The notes: generated by a model from the sequence alone, not told the origin. DNA of 64,000 nucleotides from an uncultured bacterium (GCA_949288455.1 CASEKF010000042.1:52977-116976); one strand, 5' to 3'; shown: positions 29,919-39,767, counted from the stretch's first letter. Translations and numbers: made by a program.

Positions 29919-31325
29919 ATGTCAGTTCATATAAATAATCTGCTTAAAAACGGTCCGAGCGTTATTTCAATGGGTTTGCCTTTATTCGGCGAAGCTCTTA
30001 AAGAACAAGGCGTAAAAACTGATCATATAGATTGGAAACCTCCTTGCGAAGGAGATCCGGAACTTATATCGATTTTATCGTCTCTTCAGTCGGAAGAAGT
30101 AGAGAAAGCTAACTCGTTAGCTCTCGACAGACTTATAAATTCCACGCCCGTATTGGTCGATCTTGCTCCCGCCGCGGAAGTCCTGCCGGATATGGATAAA
30201 CATACTATATTACATGCAGGACCTCCTATTTCTTGGGAAAGAATGTGCGGTCCTATGAAAGGCGCCGTTTTGGGTGCCGTAGTATACGAAGGTCTTGCAG
30301 ATAACTTAAATGAAGCGGAAAAATTGGTCGAGTCAGGAAAAATACGTCTTGATTCTTGCCATCATCATAACGCGGTCGGACCTATGGCCGGAGTTACTTC
30401 GGCCTCTATGTATATGTTTGTCGTAGAAAACGTCTCATTTAATAATAGAGGATTTTGTAATTTAAACGAGGGGCTAGGCAAAGTTTTGAGGTTTGGAGCC
30501 AACGACGCCGAAGTTTTAAAAAGGTTAAAGTGGATGGAGTCGACGCTTGGCCCGGCTTTGAAAAAAGCCGTAAAATTGTCGGGAGGAATCGATATAAAGA
30601 ACATTACTTCCCAGGCTCTGTTAATGGGAGACGAGTGCCATAATAGAAATGTAGGAGGCACTTTACAGTTTTTAAAAGTTATAACTCCTTATCTTTTAAA
30701 AACTGATACTCCTTATTCCGATATAAGAGATATTTTTGATTTTATCGCCGGCAACGCGCATTTTTATTTGAATTTGTCGATGGCCTCTTGTAAAGCTACC
30801 GCAGATTCGATAAAAGGCATTGAAAAATCTACTATTTTGTACTGTATGGCCCGTAATGGAGTAGAAATCGGAATTAGAGTCGCCGGTTTAGGAGACGAAT
30901 GGTTCACGGCTCCTTCAGGTATGCCTGACGGCCTTTATTTTTCCGGTTTTTCAAAAGCAGATTCTAATCCTGACTTAGGAGATAGCACTATTTCCGAAGT
31001 TGCCGGCATAGGTGCGGTCGCTATGGCCGCGGCTCCCGCGATAGTAAAGTTTGTAGGGGGAAGCGCGTCTATGGCTTTAGAATCTACTATGAAAATGTAT
31101 CAAATTACATATGGAAGCCATAGAGATTTTACTATTCCTTCTTTAGACTTTATGGGAACGCCTCTTGGCTTTGATTTAAGAAAGATTATGGAAACCGGAA
31201 TCACTCCTATTATCAATACCGGCATAGCGCATAAAAAAGCCGGCATAGGTCAGATTGGAGCGGGTATTTTAGATGCCCCTAAAGGCGGATTTAAAAAGGC
31301 TTTATTGGCTTTTGGCAGAAAATAA
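29919..31325 (+). CDS. DUF1116 (YlbE-like) protein
   Basis: 468 aa. The position after fdrA matches the conserved E. coli fdrA-ylbE arrangement. Confidence 0.65.
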   Translation: MSVHINNLLKNGPSVISMGLPLFGEALKEQGVKTDHIDWKPPCEGDPELISILSSLQSEEVEKANSLALDRLINSTPVLVDLAPAAEVLPDMDKHTILHAGPPISWERMCGPMKGAVLGAVVYEGLADNLNEAEKLVESGKIRLDSCHHHNAVGPMAGVTSASMYMFVVENVSFNNRGFCNLNEGLGKVLRFGANDAEVLKRLKWMESTLGPALKKAVKLSGGIDIKNITSQALLMGDECHNRNVGGTLQFLKVITPYLLKTDTPYSDIRDIFDFIAGNAHFYLNLSMASCKATADSIKGIEKSTILYCMARNGVEIGIRVAGLGDEWFTAPSGMPDGLYFSGFSKADSNPDLGDSTISEVAGIGAVAMAAAPAIVKFVGGSASMALESTMKMYQITYGSHRDFTIPSLDFMGTPLGFDLRKIMETGITPIINTGIAHKKAGIGQIGAGILDAPKGGFKKALLAFGRK

Positions 31326-31371
31326 GCTGTCATTAAGTCGTTGACAATAAAATAAGGAGAGATGTTTGTAA

Positions 31372-32112
31372 ATGGCTAAACAGTATCATATAGGACTTGA
31401 TAAAGGCGACGTCGGGCGCTATGTTATTCTTCCCGGAGATCCTGGAAGAGTTCCGGTTATAGCAAGTTTTTTGGACAAGGCGGAGAAAGTCGCTCAAAAT
31501 AGGGAATATACTACTTATACAGGCTACGTGGGAGATATTAAGGTCTCGGTAACTTCTACCGGTATCGGCTGCCCAAGCGCGGCTATAGCTCTGGAAGAAC
31601 TGGTAAAAATAGGGGCGGATACTTTTATAAGAGTCGGTACTGCCGGAGGTCTTCAGCCTTCTATTGATTTGGGAGATCTTGTTATTCCTACAGGAGCTAT
31701 AAGAGAAGAAGGAACTACCAGACAATATATTCCTCTAAGCTTTCCTGCGGTGCCTGATTTAGACGTTACCGTAGCTTTGCGCGAAGCCGCTAGAAAACTT
31801 GGATTTAAATCTCATACCGGAGTTTGTCACTGTAAAGACGCGTTCTTTATAGAAGGAGACGAGGCCCTTCCTATAGCGGAAGAAAATAAGAATTTGTGGA
31901 AAGCTTGGGAGAGAGCAAACGTTTTGGCTACTTCTATGGAGGACGCCGCTTTATTCGTTATTTCGCAGATAAGACGGGTAAGAGTAGGGGAAGTTTTGGC
32001 GATTATAGGTTTGACATATAAGGACGCTCCTATAGTAGATAAGAGATTAGGCGTAGAAGACGCTATAAAAACTGCCGTAGAAGCAATAAAAATTCTTGAC
32101 GCCGCTAAGTAA
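31372..32112 (+). CDS. udp: Uridine phosphorylase (PNP/UDP family)
   Basis: 246 aa. HIGL..GDV..YVILPGDPGRV...STGIGCPSAAIALEEL...IRVGTAGG parallels E. coli Udp throughout. Confidence 0.85.
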   Translation: MAKQYHIGLDKGDVGRYVILPGDPGRVPVIASFLDKAEKVAQNREYTTYTGYVGDIKVSVTSTGIGCPSAAIALEELVKIGADTFIRVGTAGGLQPSIDLGDLVIPTGAIREEGTTRQYIPLSFPAVPDLDVTVALREAARKLGFKSHTGVCHCKDAFFIEGDEALPIAEENKNLWKAWERANVLATSMEDAALFVISQIRRVRVGEVLAIIGLTYKDAPIVDKRLGVEDAIKTAVEAIKILDAAK

Positions 32113-32149
32113 ATAGGCTGAATGCGTCGAGATTAGTAAAGCGGGGTTA

Positions 32150-32210
32150 ATCGATATAAATCAGGGGTTGGCTTAATCACGCCAACCCCTGATTTATATC
32201 GATTTTTATA
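32150..32210. terminator. Bidirectional rho-independent terminator between udp (+) and the FHA gene (-)
   Basis: Perfect 23-bp inverted repeat ATCGATATAAATCAGGGGTTGGC-ttaatcac-GCCAACCCCTGATTTATATCGAT, followed by TTTTTAT. Confidence 0.6.
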
Positions 32211-32228
32211 TTTTATTGTAATTAATTT

Positions 32229-32534
32229 TTACATAGTGACTTTTATATAGGTTTCTCCTATTTTTATTAAATCTCCGTCGTTAAGGCTTCTTTTGCCTAT
32301 GGAACCGCCTATTTTGGTTCCGTTTACAAACGTTGAGTTCATGCTTCTCAAATCGTCTATATATACTCTGCCGGCATCGTATGTTAATTCGGCATGATCC
32401 CTTGACGCCGTATCGTCATAGGGAATAGCGATTTCGTTATCTTCAGGAGATCTGCCTATCTTAATAGGAAAAGAATCGCAGTCGAAGATCAATCCGTCGT
32501 ATATGCCGCTTACTATTTCAAGAGTACACTTCAT
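32229..32534 (-). CDS. FHA-domain protein
   Basis: 101 aa. Contains the FHA hallmarks GR....D..I......SR.HA.L and ...STFVNG. Confidence 0.75.
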   Translation of the reverse strand: MKCTLEIVSGIYDGLIFDCDSFPIKIGRSPEDNEIAIPYDDTASRDHAELTYDAGRVYIDDLRSMNSTFVNGTKIGGSIGKRSLNDGDLIKIGETYIKVTM

Positions 32535-32546
32535 CGTTTTCTCCTA

Positions 32547-34448
32547 TTATGCTTTTTTACTCATTACGCCGATTTTAATCATTTCGGCTTCAGGTTTAAG
32601 CGTTTTTGAATTTTGAGCCGCCGATCCTCCCGGCATTGTTTCATACATTTCGCTCCAGTGAAAACCTTCTTGCAATGTGTCTATAGTTTTTGCAAGATAC
32701 TGGTTTGAATTTTGAATAATCGCGTTAATATCCGTATGTTCTCTGAATTTTCTGTATAAGGCTACCGATGAAGTTCCGGGTATGAATTTAATTTTATTGA
32801 CCGCTTCTCTTAGCTTGCTGTGTTCGTTTGAAGCTTTGATGCCTTTTTCGAATTGACGTTCCTTTCTTAATATAGTAGTTTCTGAACTACGAATATCTTT
32901 AGGAAGTATCTTTGTAGAAGAATCATACTCTTCTTGCTCTGTCTGCCTCTCTTGCTCCTCCTGCCGATTCGTCTCTGTCTGCCGCGCTTGCTCCTCCTGC
33001 CGATTCGTCTCTGTCTGTTGCGCTTGCTCCTCCTGCCGATTGAACTCTGTCTGTTGCGCTTGTTCCTCCTGCCGATTCGTCTCTGTCTGTTGCGCTTGCT
33101 CCTCCTGCCGATTCGTCTCTGTCTGGTGCGCTTGCTCCTCCTGCCGATTGAGCTCTGTCTGTTGCGCTTGCTCTTCCTGCCGATTGAGCTCTGTCTGCTG
33201 CGCTTGCTCCTCCTGCCGATTCGGCTCTGTTTGCCGCGCTTGCTCTTCCTGCCGATTCGGCTCTGTCTGCAGCTCTTGCTCTTCCTGCCGATTCGGCTCT
33301 GTCTGCAACTCTTGCTCCTCCTGCCGACTTAGCTCTGTCTGCTGCGCTTGCTCCTCCTGATGTTGGCTTTTCGCTTTAAATAGAGAGCGCTGAGGAGGCG
33401 CGTCTGACGAACTTCTAAAAGGAGATCTGGCTAAAGCCGCTTTTATAGAAGAAGATAAATCTTCCAGAACAGTCTCGTATTCTTCCTGAGTTAAAGAAGA
33501 ATATATTAATTCTTCAAAGTATATTTTTTTCTTTTTATATACAAGTCGTTCCGGCAGCGGCCCATATTGCTCGAAAAGCTTTAAGAACCCTTCGAAGATA
33601 TGCTGAGGCATGCCTCTGTTTATTAATTCTTTTTCTGAATAAGTGTATTGGTCTCCTATATTTAGAGTTCTGTTTTGTTCTTCCTCATGAGGCTCCGGAT
33701 TACTTTCGGTATGAAGATCCGTAGACGCAGGTTCGGTTGTTTCTTCTTGCGGCGGCTTAGTCGGCTCTATTTCGACCGCAGCGGCTTCGTATGATTCTTG
33801 TTCGTTAAGTTCGACGCTGTTTGCTTGATTTAATTCTGCGTTAGCAGTCGCATTCTCTAAATTTTTATCTTTTTTACTGAATAGGTTATTCAAAATATTA
33901 AAAGGATTGACATGCAGAGTTTTTTCTTCTTTATCCGGCGTAACGTTTGCGTCCCCTTGTTTGAAAAGTTCGGTTTCCTTCGTTAAAAAAATATTTATAG
34001 ATTTTGAGTTATATAGAGATTCAGATTCCATCCAGTTTTTGATGGGAAGATTAATGCTTTTAAACAGAGCGTTTAATATATGAATTTCATAAACTTCTAT
34101 AGGAGTATTAAATTGAGTAGAGGTTATCGCTTCGTTCCAGGTATTCTGCATCCTTGGAGTTACAAAATATCCGTATTCTTTCCACCATCTGGGTTCGCTT
34201 TTGAATTGAGGATAAGCTTGCTGCATTAAAACGGAAACTTTTTTCTTTGCGTTCCATTTAGGTTGGTTAATATATTTTCTGATTATAGAATTTTTATTTA
34301 AAAGGAAAGCTCCTAGAAAGTGTTCTTGTCCTATAAAATAATGTTTGTGCTTTTTTGAAAGATTTTTAGCTTCTATATAATAGTCGCTCATAGAAGCGTT
34401 AAATTCGGAAAAAAAATTATCTGCTATTAACGGTTCGCTTGCGTTCAT
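32547..34448 (-). CDS. Repeat-containing protein (633 aa) with ~11 tandem 12-aa repeats (QTE.NRQEEQAQ)
   Basis: N-terminal globular part, then a central array of 12-aa acidic/Gln repeats, then a C-terminal domain. The gene ends 12 bp before the FHA gene. Confidence 0.6.
   Translation of the reverse strand: MNASEPLIADNFFSEFNASMSDYYIEAKNLSKKHKHYFIGQEHFLGAFLLNKNSIIRKYINQPKWNAKKKVSVLMQQAYPQFKSEPRWWKEYGYFVTPRMQNTWNEAITSTQFNTPIEVYEIHILNALFKSINLPIKNWMESESLYNSKSINIFLTKETELFKQGDANVTPDKEEKTLHVNPFNILNNLFSKKDKNLENATANAELNQANSVELNEQESYEAAAVEIEPTKPPQEETTEPASTDLHTESNPEPHEEEQNRTLNIGDQYTYSEKELINRGMPQHIFEGFLKLFEQYGPLPERLVYKKKKIYFEELIYSSLTQEEYETVLEDLSSSIKAALARSPFRSSSDAPPQRSLFKAKSQHQEEQAQQTELSRQEEQELQTEPNRQEEQELQTEPNRQEEQARQTEPNRQEEQAQQTELNRQEEQAQQTELNRQEEQAHQTETNRQEEQAQQTETNRQEEQAQQTEFNRQEEQAQQTETNRQEEQARQTETNRQEEQERQTEQEEYDSSTKILPKDIRSSETTILRKERQFEKGIKASNEHSKLREAVNKIKFIPGTSSVALYRKFREHTDINAIIQNSNQYLAKTIDTLQEGFHWSEMYETMPGGSAAQNSKTLKPEAEMIKIGVMSKKA
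32925..33365. repeat. 36-nt tandem repeat array (about 11-12 copies, slightly degenerate), in-frame within the 633-aa gene
   Basis: Visible periodicity ctcttgctcctcctgccgattcgtctctgtctgYYgcg repeating head-to-tail. It also generates the spurious + ORFs 32934-33332 and 33040-33360. Confidence 0.8.
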
Positions 34449-34812
34449 ATATTTCTCCGTAACGTAAAAATTTCCGATTGACTTGACAAAAACGTCAAAG
34501 AACTATCCTAAAACAATTTCTTCTTTATAAAAATAAAATCCTTCATACTTTTACTTTGGAATTGCTTGAACGGCGGCTTTGTTGACTAATATGAGCAATT
34601 TTCTTTGATATTTTAAGCGCGTAAGCGCTATCGCGATTTGTGATTTGTAAAAAAACAAGGAAATAAATTGGCAGAACGTCGTTTTGCGCTTCGAATTAAG
34701 TTTGAAATAATTTTGCAAACAGGCGGGATTTGCGGATTGGAGATTGACGAAGAAAAATAGGAAAAAGCTTTCGAAGCTTCGTTGTGGCAGCTAAAAAAAT
34801 TCTTGATAATTT

Positions 34813-35544
34813 TTATTCTTTAGAAAATTTACCGTAATTAGTATATGCGCAGTCGTCGCAGTTTTTGCAAATACTTTCGGGATCTTTGACGCATGAAAAA
34901 ATGTCTGACGCCGCTCCCGGACTGCCCGGAATAAGCTGCAGAAACGTCACGAAACTTGCCACTAGGTCATGATTCCATACCAAAACGTTTCTAGGATGCG
35001 ATATATTAACGGGAGCGAAATTCCAAACGGCCTCGATCCCGTATGAGAAAAGTTTATTCGCTACGTTTTGCGCCGCTTTTGCCGGAACTGTAAGTATTAC
35101 TATTTTTATATCGTTATCCTTAATATAAGATTCCAATTCGTCCATTGATAAAATATCTTTGCCTGCGATATGAGCTCCGACCATATTAGGATTTACGTCG
35201 AACAACGCTTTAATTTTCATGCCCTGATTGGCAAAGCCTTCGTATTTGGCAAGCGCGATGCCTAAGTTGCCTGCCCCGACGATTATAATATTGCGTTGTT
35301 TATCAAATCCTAAAAACGTTCTTAGATATTCGGCGAGTTCCTTTGTATTGAATCCTATTTTTGGCTTTCCTCCGTATCCTATGGCGGCTATATCTTTACG
35401 AACTTGCGTCGGATCTATATTAAGGACGTCGGCTATATTGGAGCTTGATATATATTGTTCGCCCATATCTACGGCATGCCGAACAATGTTGTAATATAGA
35501 GGAAGTCTTCTTAAAGTTGGTATTGACAGACGTTTTTTTGCCAT
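34813..35544 (-). CDS. rex: Redox-sensing transcriptional repressor Rex with a C-terminal Cys-rich extension
   Basis: The Rex N-terminus (IPTLRRLPLYY..) and Rossmann motif (IIIVGAGNLG) are present. 243 aa, about 30 aa longer than typical Rex. The tail is ...CVKDPESICKNCDDCAYTNYG. Confidence 0.8.
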   Translation of the reverse strand: MAKKRLSIPTLRRLPLYYNIVRHAVDMGEQYISSSNIADVLNIDPTQVRKDIAAIGYGGKPKIGFNTKELAEYLRTFLGFDKQRNIIIVGAGNLGIALAKYEGFANQGMKIKALFDVNPNMVGAHIAGKDILSMDELESYIKDNDIKIVILTVPAKAAQNVANKLFSYGIEAVWNFAPVNISHPRNVLVWNHDLVASFVTFLQLIPGSPGAASDIFSCVKDPESICKNCDDCAYTNYGKFSKE

Positions 35545-35626
35545 TTTTCAGACGGTATTCCTTTATTGAAAATATCAGGCTGCCGCAACGTATAAAATAT
35601 AACTAGCGGCAGCCTTTGTAAGTATT

Positions 35627-37378
35627 TTATTTGAGATTTTTATAACAATTTTCGAATCTGTCGATATATACGGTATGCAGAAGTTTATGAGCTTTTTCGC
35701 TTCCCGGCTTTTCCAGCCACTCTTTATATATAGCTTTTATTTCCGGATTTTCGTGCGATTTTCGTATTGGTAGCGACGAGTCTTCGTCGTAAAGTCCTTT
35801 GGCTCGTTTCTCGACTTTTCCGGGTTCGTTGCAGCTTATAGGCTGTCCGCCGCCGCTTATGCATCCTCCCGGACAGGCCATTACTTCCAGAATTTGGAAG
35901 TCGGCCGTTTTATCGATAACTTTACGAAGCATTTTTTCAGCTTCTTTGAGAGTGTTGACTACGACTACTTTAACTTTTGTCCCGTTTAGATCTACCGTCA
36001 GTTCTTTTGACGTACTTAATCCCCTGGTTTCTTTGATATCAACGTTTTCAAGCGTTTTTCCCGTCGTAAATTCATAAACGGTTCTTAACGCCGCTTCGGC
36101 TACTCCTCCTGAAGCTCCGAATATAGTTCCTGCGCCGCTGTACGATCCGAAAGGCAGATCCGGAGTTTCCGGCTCAAGATCTTTTAAGTTAATGCCGGAG
36201 CCTTTTAACATTTTGATAAGTTCTTGAGTAGTAAGAACGACGTCCACGTCTCTTTCTCCGTCTACGGAAAATTCTTCGCGCTGACATTCCGCTTTTTTTG
36301 CTGTGCATGGCATGAAAGATATTATTTTGAAGTTTTCTCGTTTTATTCCGTCTCTATTTACGGCTATGTCTTTTACAAGAGATCCGAACATAGCTTGTGG
36401 CGACCTTGCGGTAGAAAGATGCTCTATCAATTCTGGATGTTGAGTTTCCACATATTTTACCCAGGCAGGACAGCAGCTTGTGAAAAGCGGAAGACGTTCG
36501 TTCTTTTCAAGTCTCCTTATTATTTCCGTTCCTTCTTCCATAATAGTCAAATCCGCGGAAAAATTAGTGTCGTAGACTTTGTCGAATCCCATTATTCTCA
36601 GAGCGGCGACAAGTTTTCCTATGACGTTTTCTCCCGGAGCCAGACCGAATTCTTCGCCTGCGGCGACTCTTACTGCGGGAGCTATCTGACATACTACCGT
36701 TTTTGTCTTGTCGTTGAGAAGCGCGCGAGCCTTCTCTATATCAGACTTGATAGTAAGAGCTCCTACGGGGCATACCGCGACGCATTGACCGCAGTTTACG
36801 CAGTCTACTTCAGCCAGATGCTTTTTAAGAGCCGGGGTAACTATAGTTTTAGAGCCTCTGCCGGCGAAGGAAAGTATGCTCAGCCCTTGACGTTCCGCGC
36901 AGGCTCTTACGCATGCTCCGCAAAGTATGCATTTGTTGGGATCCCTAACAATAGAAGGATTAGTGTCGTCGAGCTCTTCAAGACGTTTTTTGCCCGGGAA
37001 TCTTATTTCGTTTACTTCATATAAATTCGCAAGCTTTTGGAGTTCGCAATTGTGCGAACGAGAACAGGTAGAGCATTCTCTATTGTGGTTAGCCAATAAA
37101 AGCTCTAGAACCATTTTCCTTATTCTTCTGACGGTATCCGTGTTGATCCGAATTTTAAGCCCCGGTTCAGGAGGCATAGTGCAGCTTGATTGTATCCCTC
37201 TGCCTTCGATTTCGACGATACACATGCGGCAAGCTCCGAAAGATGTTAAGTCTGGTCTGTAACATAACGTCGGAACTTGAAATCCGGCTTTGCGTATAAC
37301 TTCAAGAAGGTTTTTTTCGTCGGTAAATTCTACTTCTTTTCCTTCTACGAATAACGTTTTTTTATTATTGTCGCTCAT
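35627..37378 (-). CDS. hydA: [FeFe]-hydrogenase catalytic subunit (HydA/HndD-like) with N-terminal 2Fe-2S and Fe-S cluster domains
   Basis: 583 aa. H-cluster motifs TSCCPAWVKY, MPCTAKK and MACPGGCISGGGQP, two CxxCxxCxxxCP motifs and an N-terminal plant-type ferredoxin domain. Confidence 0.9.
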   Translation of the reverse strand: MSDNNKKTLFVEGKEVEFTDEKNLLEVIRKAGFQVPTLCYRPDLTSFGACRMCIVEIEGRGIQSSCTMPPEPGLKIRINTDTVRRIRKMVLELLLANHNRECSTCSRSHNCELQKLANLYEVNEIRFPGKKRLEELDDTNPSIVRDPNKCILCGACVRACAERQGLSILSFAGRGSKTIVTPALKKHLAEVDCVNCGQCVAVCPVGALTIKSDIEKARALLNDKTKTVVCQIAPAVRVAAGEEFGLAPGENVIGKLVAALRIMGFDKVYDTNFSADLTIMEEGTEIIRRLEKNERLPLFTSCCPAWVKYVETQHPELIEHLSTARSPQAMFGSLVKDIAVNRDGIKRENFKIISFMPCTAKKAECQREEFSVDGERDVDVVLTTQELIKMLKGSGINLKDLEPETPDLPFGSYSGAGTIFGASGGVAEAALRTVYEFTTGKTLENVDIKETRGLSTSKELTVDLNGTKVKVVVVNTLKEAEKMLRKVIDKTADFQILEVMACPGGCISGGGQPISCNEPGKVEKRAKGLYDEDSSLPIRKSHENPEIKAIYKEWLEKPGSEKAHKLLHTVYIDRFENCYKNLK

Positions 37379-37382
37379 TAGA

Positions 37383-39233
37383 TTAAACCTCCTTTATTGC
37401 TTTAAAAGGACAGGATTTCAGGCAGGCTCCGCATTTTATACATTTTGACTGATCTATTTCATGCGGTTTTTTTACTTCTCCTGAAATAGCTCCGGCAGGA
37501 CAGTTTCTGGAACACTTCGTACAGCCTCTGCACAGTTCTTTGTCTATTACTATGGTTCTTAAAGCTGAACATACGCCCGCGGGACATTTTTTGTCTTTTA
37601 TATGCGCCACATATTCGTCATAGAAATATTTAAGAGTAGAGAGAACAGGATTTGGAGCTGTTTTTCCCAAACCGCACAAGGATCCGGCTTTTACGTCGGC
37701 GGCAAGTTCCTGAAGAAGATCAAGATCCTTCATCGTCGCCTTGCCTCTAGTGATATCGTTGAGAATTTTCAACATGTTTTTAGTGCCTTCTCTGCATGGA
37801 ACGCATTTTCCGCAGCTTTCGCTTTGCGTAAAATTCATAAAAAATTTGGCGACGTCGACTATACAAGTATCTTCGTTCATGACTACAAGACCTCCTGAAC
37901 CTATCATGGCTCCGGCTTGTATAAGCGAATCGTAGTCTAGAGGCAGATCCAGATGTTTTTCTGTGAGGCATCCTCCGGAAGGGCCTCCTATTTGGGCCGC
38001 CTTAAATTTTTTGCCGTTTCTTATGCCTCCGCCTATATCGAAAATTACTTCTCTCAACGTCGTTCCCATAGGAACCTCTATGAGGCCTGTATTGTTCACT
38101 TCTCCCGTTAGAGCGAATGTTTTAGTTCCCTTAGATGTTTTAGTTCCCATAGAGCTAAACCATTCGGCTCCGTTAAGAATAATCAGAGGGACGTTTGCGA
38201 GAGTTTCTACGTTATTTATAAGGGTCGGTTTCCCGAATAAACCCTTATTTGCGGGGAACGGCGGCTTTGGCCTTGGCATTCCGCGTTCTCCTTCTATCGA
38301 CGCTATAAGGGCCGTTTCCTCGCCGCATACGAACGCGCCGGCTCCTTCTTTTATATGAACTGTGAAACTGAAGTTCGTTCCCAGTATATTTTTGCCTAAA
38401 AGATTATGTTCTTCGGCTTGTTTTATCGCTATTCTAAGTCTTTTAATAGCTAAGGGATACTCTGCTCTTACGTATATATACGCTTCGTCCGCTCCTATGG
38501 CGTATCCGGCTATAGCCATTCCTTCCAGAAGCCTGTGGGGATCGCCTTCCATAACACTCCTATCCATGAACGCTCCGGGATCTCCTTCGTCACCGTTGCA
38601 TACTACATATTTTTTGTCTGATTGAGCTGTTTGGGTGAACATCCATTTGCGGCCCGTTGGGAATCCTCCCCCTCCTCTGCCTCTTAAGCCGGAATCAGTA
38701 ATGATTTTTACCGTTTCTTCCGGCGTTTTATTTTTAACGACGTCTTCCAGAGCTTCGTATCCTCTTAGCGCTATAGCGTCCGTTATATCTTCCGGGTTAA
38801 TATGTCCGCAGTTTGAGAGTGACGTTCTGTGCTGTTTAGCGTAAAAATGTATGTCGTCGCTTCTTTTTATTTTTTCATGCGTCTCCGGATCCGTGTAAAG
38901 AAGTCTTTCTACCGGAACGCCGGATCGTATGCTTTCTATAATTTCGTCTACGTCGCTTGTCTTGACTTTAACGTAAGTTATATGCAAGTCGGGTATAATC
39001 ATCAAAGCTCCCTGCTCGCAGAAGCCATGGCAACCCGTAGGAACGACCGTAGTTTTCCGGGATTGAATTGAAGACGCTTCGATCCCCGCTTCTCTGAGTT
39101 TTTTTATTATTTCGAGAGAGCCGTTGGCGACGCAACCTGTTCCGGCGCATACGAAGACTCTTAACCCCTGAGCGGCTATTTTTTGTTTCGCCTCATCTTG
39201 CATTTTTTTTATTTTCAATTCGTTTGATTGCAT
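37383..39233 (-). CDS. hydB: NADH-binding flavoprotein subunit of bifurcating hydrogenase (NuoF/HndC-like)
   Basis: 616 aa. N-terminal thioredoxin-like 2Fe-2S domain, GRGGGGFPTGRKW FMN/NADH motif, SCGKCVPCREG, and two C-terminal 4Fe-4S motifs. Confidence 0.9.
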   Translation of the reverse strand: MQSNELKIKKMQDEAKQKIAAQGLRVFVCAGTGCVANGSLEIIKKLREAGIEASSIQSRKTTVVPTGCHGFCEQGALMIIPDLHITYVKVKTSDVDEIIESIRSGVPVERLLYTDPETHEKIKRSDDIHFYAKQHRTSLSNCGHINPEDITDAIALRGYEALEDVVKNKTPEETVKIITDSGLRGRGGGGFPTGRKWMFTQTAQSDKKYVVCNGDEGDPGAFMDRSVMEGDPHRLLEGMAIAGYAIGADEAYIYVRAEYPLAIKRLRIAIKQAEEHNLLGKNILGTNFSFTVHIKEGAGAFVCGEETALIASIEGERGMPRPKPPFPANKGLFGKPTLINNVETLANVPLIILNGAEWFSSMGTKTSKGTKTFALTGEVNNTGLIEVPMGTTLREVIFDIGGGIRNGKKFKAAQIGGPSGGCLTEKHLDLPLDYDSLIQAGAMIGSGGLVVMNEDTCIVDVAKFFMNFTQSESCGKCVPCREGTKNMLKILNDITRGKATMKDLDLLQELAADVKAGSLCGLGKTAPNPVLSTLKYFYDEYVAHIKDKKCPAGVCSALRTIVIDKELCRGCTKCSRNCPAGAISGEVKKPHEIDQSKCIKCGACLKSCPFKAIKEV

Positions 39234-39237
39234 TATT

Positions 39238-39726
39238 TTACTCTCCTCTATCTTCTTTTATAAGAGTATCTATGATAATTTTAACAGCCTCCGGAGTTAT
39301 TTTCGGATAAACCTTATCGTTGATTACGATTACCGGAGCAAGTCCGCAAGCGCCAAGGCAACTGACGGTTTCTACGGAGAATAGTCCGTCTTCAGTCGTG
39401 AATTTCCCGTCTTTGAGTTCCAGTTTGGCTTTCAGAGCGTTCAGCGTTGGCATTGAACCGCGAACATGACAAGCGGTTCCGTCGCAACATTTTATTTGAT
39501 ATTTTCCTTTAGGATCAAGGCTGAACTGACTATAAAACGTAGCGACGCCGTAAACGGTTGCCGGAGATATTCCCATCTTTACTCCTATCCGTATGATCGC
39601 GTCTTCCGGAAGGTAGTTATATTCCGCTTGAATATGCTGAAGGATTGCAATCAGATTAGACTGAGCGTTTCCAACGCTGTCTACAATAGCGTCGACTTTC
39701 TCAAGAAAAATCGTTTTTGAACTCAT
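39238..39726 (-). CDS. hydC: NuoE-like 2Fe-2S subunit of bifurcating hydrogenase
   Basis: 162 aa. CxxxxC...CLGACGLAPV pattern of the NuoE/HndA family. Confidence 0.85.
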   Translation of the reverse strand: MSSKTIFLEKVDAIVDSVGNAQSNLIAILQHIQAEYNYLPEDAIIRIGVKMGISPATVYGVATFYSQFSLDPKGKYQIKCCDGTACHVRGSMPTLNALKAKLELKDGKFTTEDGLFSVETVSCLGACGLAPVIVINDKVYPKITPEAVKIIIDTLIKEDRGE

Positions 39727-39767
39727 CGAACTTACTCCTTAATAATTAAAATATTTTAAACTAGAAA

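Noticed and set aside
31333-31725. 130-aa minus-strand ORF
   Set aside because: Antisense to the well-supported uridine phosphorylase gene.
32925-33365. Possible CRISPR array (regular 36-nt periodicity)
   Set aside because: The repeats are contiguous with no spacers and lie in-frame inside a 633-aa coding sequence, where they encode 12-aa protein repeats. No cas genes or leader are present.
34449-34812. Possible second Rex box or regulatory palindromes (TTGTGATTTGTAAAAAAACAA; GCGCGTAAGCGC; AAGCTTTCGAAGCTT)
   Set aside because: TTGTGA has no matching TTCACAA half-site. The palindromes are short and could be chance or a weak rex terminator. Insufficient support to annotate.
36224-37262. 266-aa and 111-aa plus-strand ORFs
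   Set aside because: Antisense to the [FeFe]-hydrogenase hydA gene. Tyr/Phe/Ser-rich junk translation.
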